The notes under the pieces were generated by a model, which saw only the letters and a list, made by a program, of their open reading frames with translations, searched no databases and was not told the origin of the DNA. The translations under genes were made by a program, and so were the position numbers. A stretch of DNA of 64,000 nucleotides, from the NCBI GenBank assembly GCA_040220235.1, contig JAVJTO010000004.1. The stretch is one strand, 5' to 3'. The DNA comes from Coleofasciculus sp. B1-GNL1-01. Its GTDB lineage: Bacteria; Cyanobacteriota; Cyanobacteriia; Cyanobacteriales; Coleofasciculaceae. Positions 61,353 to 64,000 of the stretch are shown here, piece by piece (positions within the stretch are counted from its first letter, which is position 1; every line of letters starts with the position of its first letter).

Positions 61353-61504
61353 GAAGCTTTTCCTCTCAACTGCTTAGTTTTTCCCTGGTGTTATTTACTG
61401 TCCCCAGTCTAAAAGTCTATCAGAGACGGGGATCTCCTCGAAAGAATGTCGAGTATTGGTTTATGTTAAGTTTTGCTACGATTAGGTGTTTCAGACGTAG
61501 CACG

Positions 61505-62425
61505 CTACGTCTCGACTTGGGTAATGATTGTCCGATGGCGGGGACTATTCGGCATGATCATCGGTGGCTGGAATCCTGCTTGGGCGATCGCTTGTTCGAT
61601 ATCCAAGGTAATATACTCGTCAAAGTAAGGCTCAGTGCTTTTGAATAAAGTAAAAACGTAAGCTGGCATCGTCGCATACACCTGAGACTGAGGATTCATA
61701 TCCATCAGGGTAAGATAGCCACCCGGACGTAATAACCGCCGTGCCTCCCGTAGGATTGCCTTTGCCGCCGTTTGGGGTAATTCGTGGAATACCAAAAAGA
61801 CAGACACCAAATCATAGGAAGCATCCGGTAAACCTGTCGCTTCAGCCGCCGCGTGTTTCCAGTTAATGTCTGTATGATGCTGTTTGGACTTATATTCGGC
61901 AACAGCTAGAAAGTAAGGCGATAAGTCTACACCCGTCATATTTGCCTGGGGATAAATCTGTTGTAGGGCAAAGGTACTCATTCCCACACCACACCCCAGA
62001 TCCACAATATCTTGCGGCTCAGTTTTAACTTGCTTTTGCACCAACTCATGGTAACTCTGCCGCAGTTTAGCGTCTCCTTGGAGTTTATCCTCAGGATAGA
62101 GATTGGCATGAACCGCATAAGCCGCAACTTCGTGTTCAAACGCCGCATCCCACTGAAGATTTCCCTGGTCATAAGCATGGAAGGGGCGCAAATAATAATC
62201 CGGGTAGGTTACCTGGGGGTTTTGGACTTGATTCAGATAACTATCCCAGTCCAGAGAACGTAACTCATTGACCTGTTTTGTCCAAGGTACGCCAATTTTT
62301 TCCGCTCGCTTGACAATCATCTTACGAGCTTGCTGCTTGGCTAAATTAGCCAAAGGTTTAATGGCAAGGAAACCATTCACCAAACGTGAGGCTAATTGGG
62401 GTGTTGTGTTTACCGTAGTCGTCAT
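61505..62425 (-). CDS. Class I SAM-dependent methyltransferase
   Basis: YYLRPFHAY, VDLGCGVG, GVDLS and RLLRPGG motifs. Confidence 0.9.
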   Translation of the reverse strand: MTTTVNTTPQLASRLVNGFLAIKPLANLAKQQARKMIVKRAEKIGVPWTKQVNELRSLDWDSYLNQVQNPQVTYPDYYLRPFHAYDQGNLQWDAAFEHEVAAYAVHANLYPEDKLQGDAKLRQSYHELVQKQVKTEPQDIVDLGCGVGMSTFALQQIYPQANMTGVDLSPYFLAVAEYKSKQHHTDINWKHAAAEATGLPDASYDLVSVFLVFHELPQTAAKAILREARRLLRPGGYLTLMDMNPQSQVYATMPAYVFTLFKSTEPYFDEYITLDIEQAIAQAGFQPPMIMPNSPRHRTIITQVET

Positions 62426-62619
62426 AAGAGTTCTTAGCGATTATCTGTTTTGGGGATTAGCATGTACACAATATTGGCAATCCTACGATATTTAAGCAAC
62501 AGCATACCACCCCCCTACACTCAAGTTTCCTGTTGACAACGTGCTACGCTATGGAAGTTGGTGGAAATAAACTCAATTCTATTAAATTGATAAATAGCCC
62601 TCAAACTCTTACCTTAAGG

Positions 62620-62655
62620 AAGAATCACCCGCGTTTTAACGGGGTGAGTATCCAA
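62620..62655 (+). mobile_element. IS200/IS605-like right-end hairpin remnant
   Basis: AAGAATCACCCGCGTTTTAACGGGGTGAGTATCCAA resembles the AGAATC-hairpin-GAG..TCAA end pattern. Confidence 0.45.
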
Positions 62656-62664
62656 TAAAACAAA

Positions 62665-62738
62665 TAACCAATGACCAATGACCAATGACCAATGACCAAT
62701 GACCAATGACCAATGACCAATGACCAATGACCAATGAC
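62665..62738 (+). repeat. STRR2 heptamer array (TGACCAA), about 10 copies
   Basis: Directly visible. Confidence 0.93.
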
Positions 62739-62741
62739 GAT

Positions 62742-63740
62742 TCAAACTTTTGCCACATATCGATTACGCCCAGAGGCTTTCGCTTGATACAAAGCCATAT
62801 CCGCTTCAGTAACTAGCTTAGCTGGTGGAGTATCCGGCTCAGGATAAAGACTGGCAACACCTAAACTGAGTGTGACGTATTCACTAATAGCTGAAGCTGC
62901 ATGGGTAATCTTTAAACTATAAACCAAGCTGCGTAATTCTTCAGCCACTAGAGACGCACCAATCGTGGTGGTATTGGGTAACACAATCGCAAATTCTTCA
63001 CCACCATAGCGAGCGACTAAATCAACAGAACGTTTGGCACAAAAACGTAAAGCATCAGCTACCCTTCGCAAACAGGCGTCACCGGCTTGATGACCGTAGG
63101 TATCATTATATTTCTTGAAAAAGTCGATATCACATAGAATCAGAGACAAAGGCGACTCTTCTCGAATCATGCGCCACCACTCATCATCAAGGTATTGATC
63201 AAACCGACGGCGATTGGCTACACCCGTTAGTCCATCTAACGTGGCTAAACGTTGTAACTCTCGATTGGCTTGTTCAAGTTGTTGATAAAGCTGAAACTGT
63301 TGAATTAAACGCCGTACTCGTTGACGCAAGACAGCTAAGTGAATTGGTTTGGTGATATAGTCAGTAGCACCAACGGCAAAGGCGCGGTCAACGGATTCTG
63401 GATCATCCAGATTGGTAATCATTAACACCGGCGTTTGGGAAACTCCCTGTAACCCTTGAGCCTCCAAATGTTCGCTATCGGGTGATGTCTCGTCTTCGTC
63501 TGAGAGTTTTTGTAAGTGTTTGCAACAGGTAAAACCATCCATGACCGGCATCAGGGCGTCTAGCATGACCAGATGCGGTTTGAGACGCTGATAAACGTCC
63601 AAACCCTGTTCGCCGTTGGTTGCTTCAACAACTTTATAGCCTTCTTTTTCCATGACTCGGCGTAAAAGTTCTCGTATAAACTGGTCATCATCAACCACCA
63701 AAATGGTTGGCGGTTCTTCGGGCAAAGAAACTAATTTCAT
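62742..63740 (-). CDS. REC-GGDEF diguanylate cyclase (PleD/WspR-like)
   Basis: VVDDD, LDALMP, DGLTGVANRR, RSVD I-site and GGEEF motifs. Confidence 0.95.
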   Translation of the reverse strand: MKLVSLPEEPPTILVVDDDQFIRELLRRVMEKEGYKVVEATNGEQGLDVYQRLKPHLVMLDALMPVMDGFTCCKHLQKLSDEDETSPDSEHLEAQGLQGVSQTPVLMITNLDDPESVDRAFAVGATDYITKPIHLAVLRQRVRRLIQQFQLYQQLEQANRELQRLATLDGLTGVANRRRFDQYLDDEWWRMIREESPLSLILCDIDFFKKYNDTYGHQAGDACLRRVADALRFCAKRSVDLVARYGGEEFAIVLPNTTTIGASLVAEELRSLVYSLKITHAASAISEYVTLSLGVASLYPEPDTPPAKLVTEADMALYQAKASGRNRYVAKV

Positions 63741-64000
63741 CCTTAAGAATGCTGATATTGCCGTCTTTGGGTCTGTAAGATTAATGTGACCCGTTGATAC
63801 TCAGCCTCTAGCTGGCAAAACTGCGCCAGTGCTGCCATGGGATCACCACCCTTGCTTATCTGTTCTAGCATCTGACGAAACGGGTAGATTGTCCTAGTTC
63901 CTAAAATCCCATGACTTCAACGTGTCAATTTCATCAATCGAGTCTCTATACGTCTGTTGAGGATAGCTGTAGCATGGATGCCATTAACCTGAGGCATGTT

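Noticed and set aside
22075..62495. Many short ORFs overlapping dnaK, mrp, kinases, glpX and others
   Set aside because: Antisense or alternate-frame shadows of well-supported genes, with no recognisable motifs
63917..64000. Minus-strand NMPQVNGIHAT resembling a receiver-domain fragment
   Set aside because: Only 27 codons at the window edge; too little to call

Overview
Chromosomal window from a filamentous cyanobacterium (inferred from frequent HIP1 GCGATCGC sites, STRR2 heptamer arrays, dnaK3-dnaJ, glpX, an ndhD5/6-type mrp cluster and Uma2/XisI remnants; a Coleofasciculus-like organism is a guess). 1-17 kb is a surface-polysaccharide island, AT-rich and HIP1-free over its first 14.5 kb, with three sulfotransferases, a methyltransferase, about eight glycosyltransferases, a Wzy-like protein, an inverted RTX gene and two copies of a 103-bp MITE. 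17-25 kb holds an NCS2 permease, a protein O-mannosyltransferase, Uma2 and dnaK3/dnaJ. 25-32 kb is a conflict-type patch: an HTH-NACHT gene with a divergent 70-aa hydrophobic ORF and twin operator-like repeats, an REase-like gene, and intact and broken toxin-antitoxin pairs. 32-38 kb is a partly duplicated Mrp Na+/H+ antiporter operon. The rest carries arfB, an ABC transporter, tlyA, speD, an AI-2E transporter, a PAP phosphatase, an HK-REC-HK-adenylate cyclase cassette, a TPR kinase, phoD, hemA, glpX, a methyltransferase and a diguanylate cyclase. I recognised no rRNA, tRNA, CRISPR array or intact transposase. The best candidate for an undescribed system is the HTH-NACHT/divergent peptide module. 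All calls come from reading motifs by eye; no searches were run.
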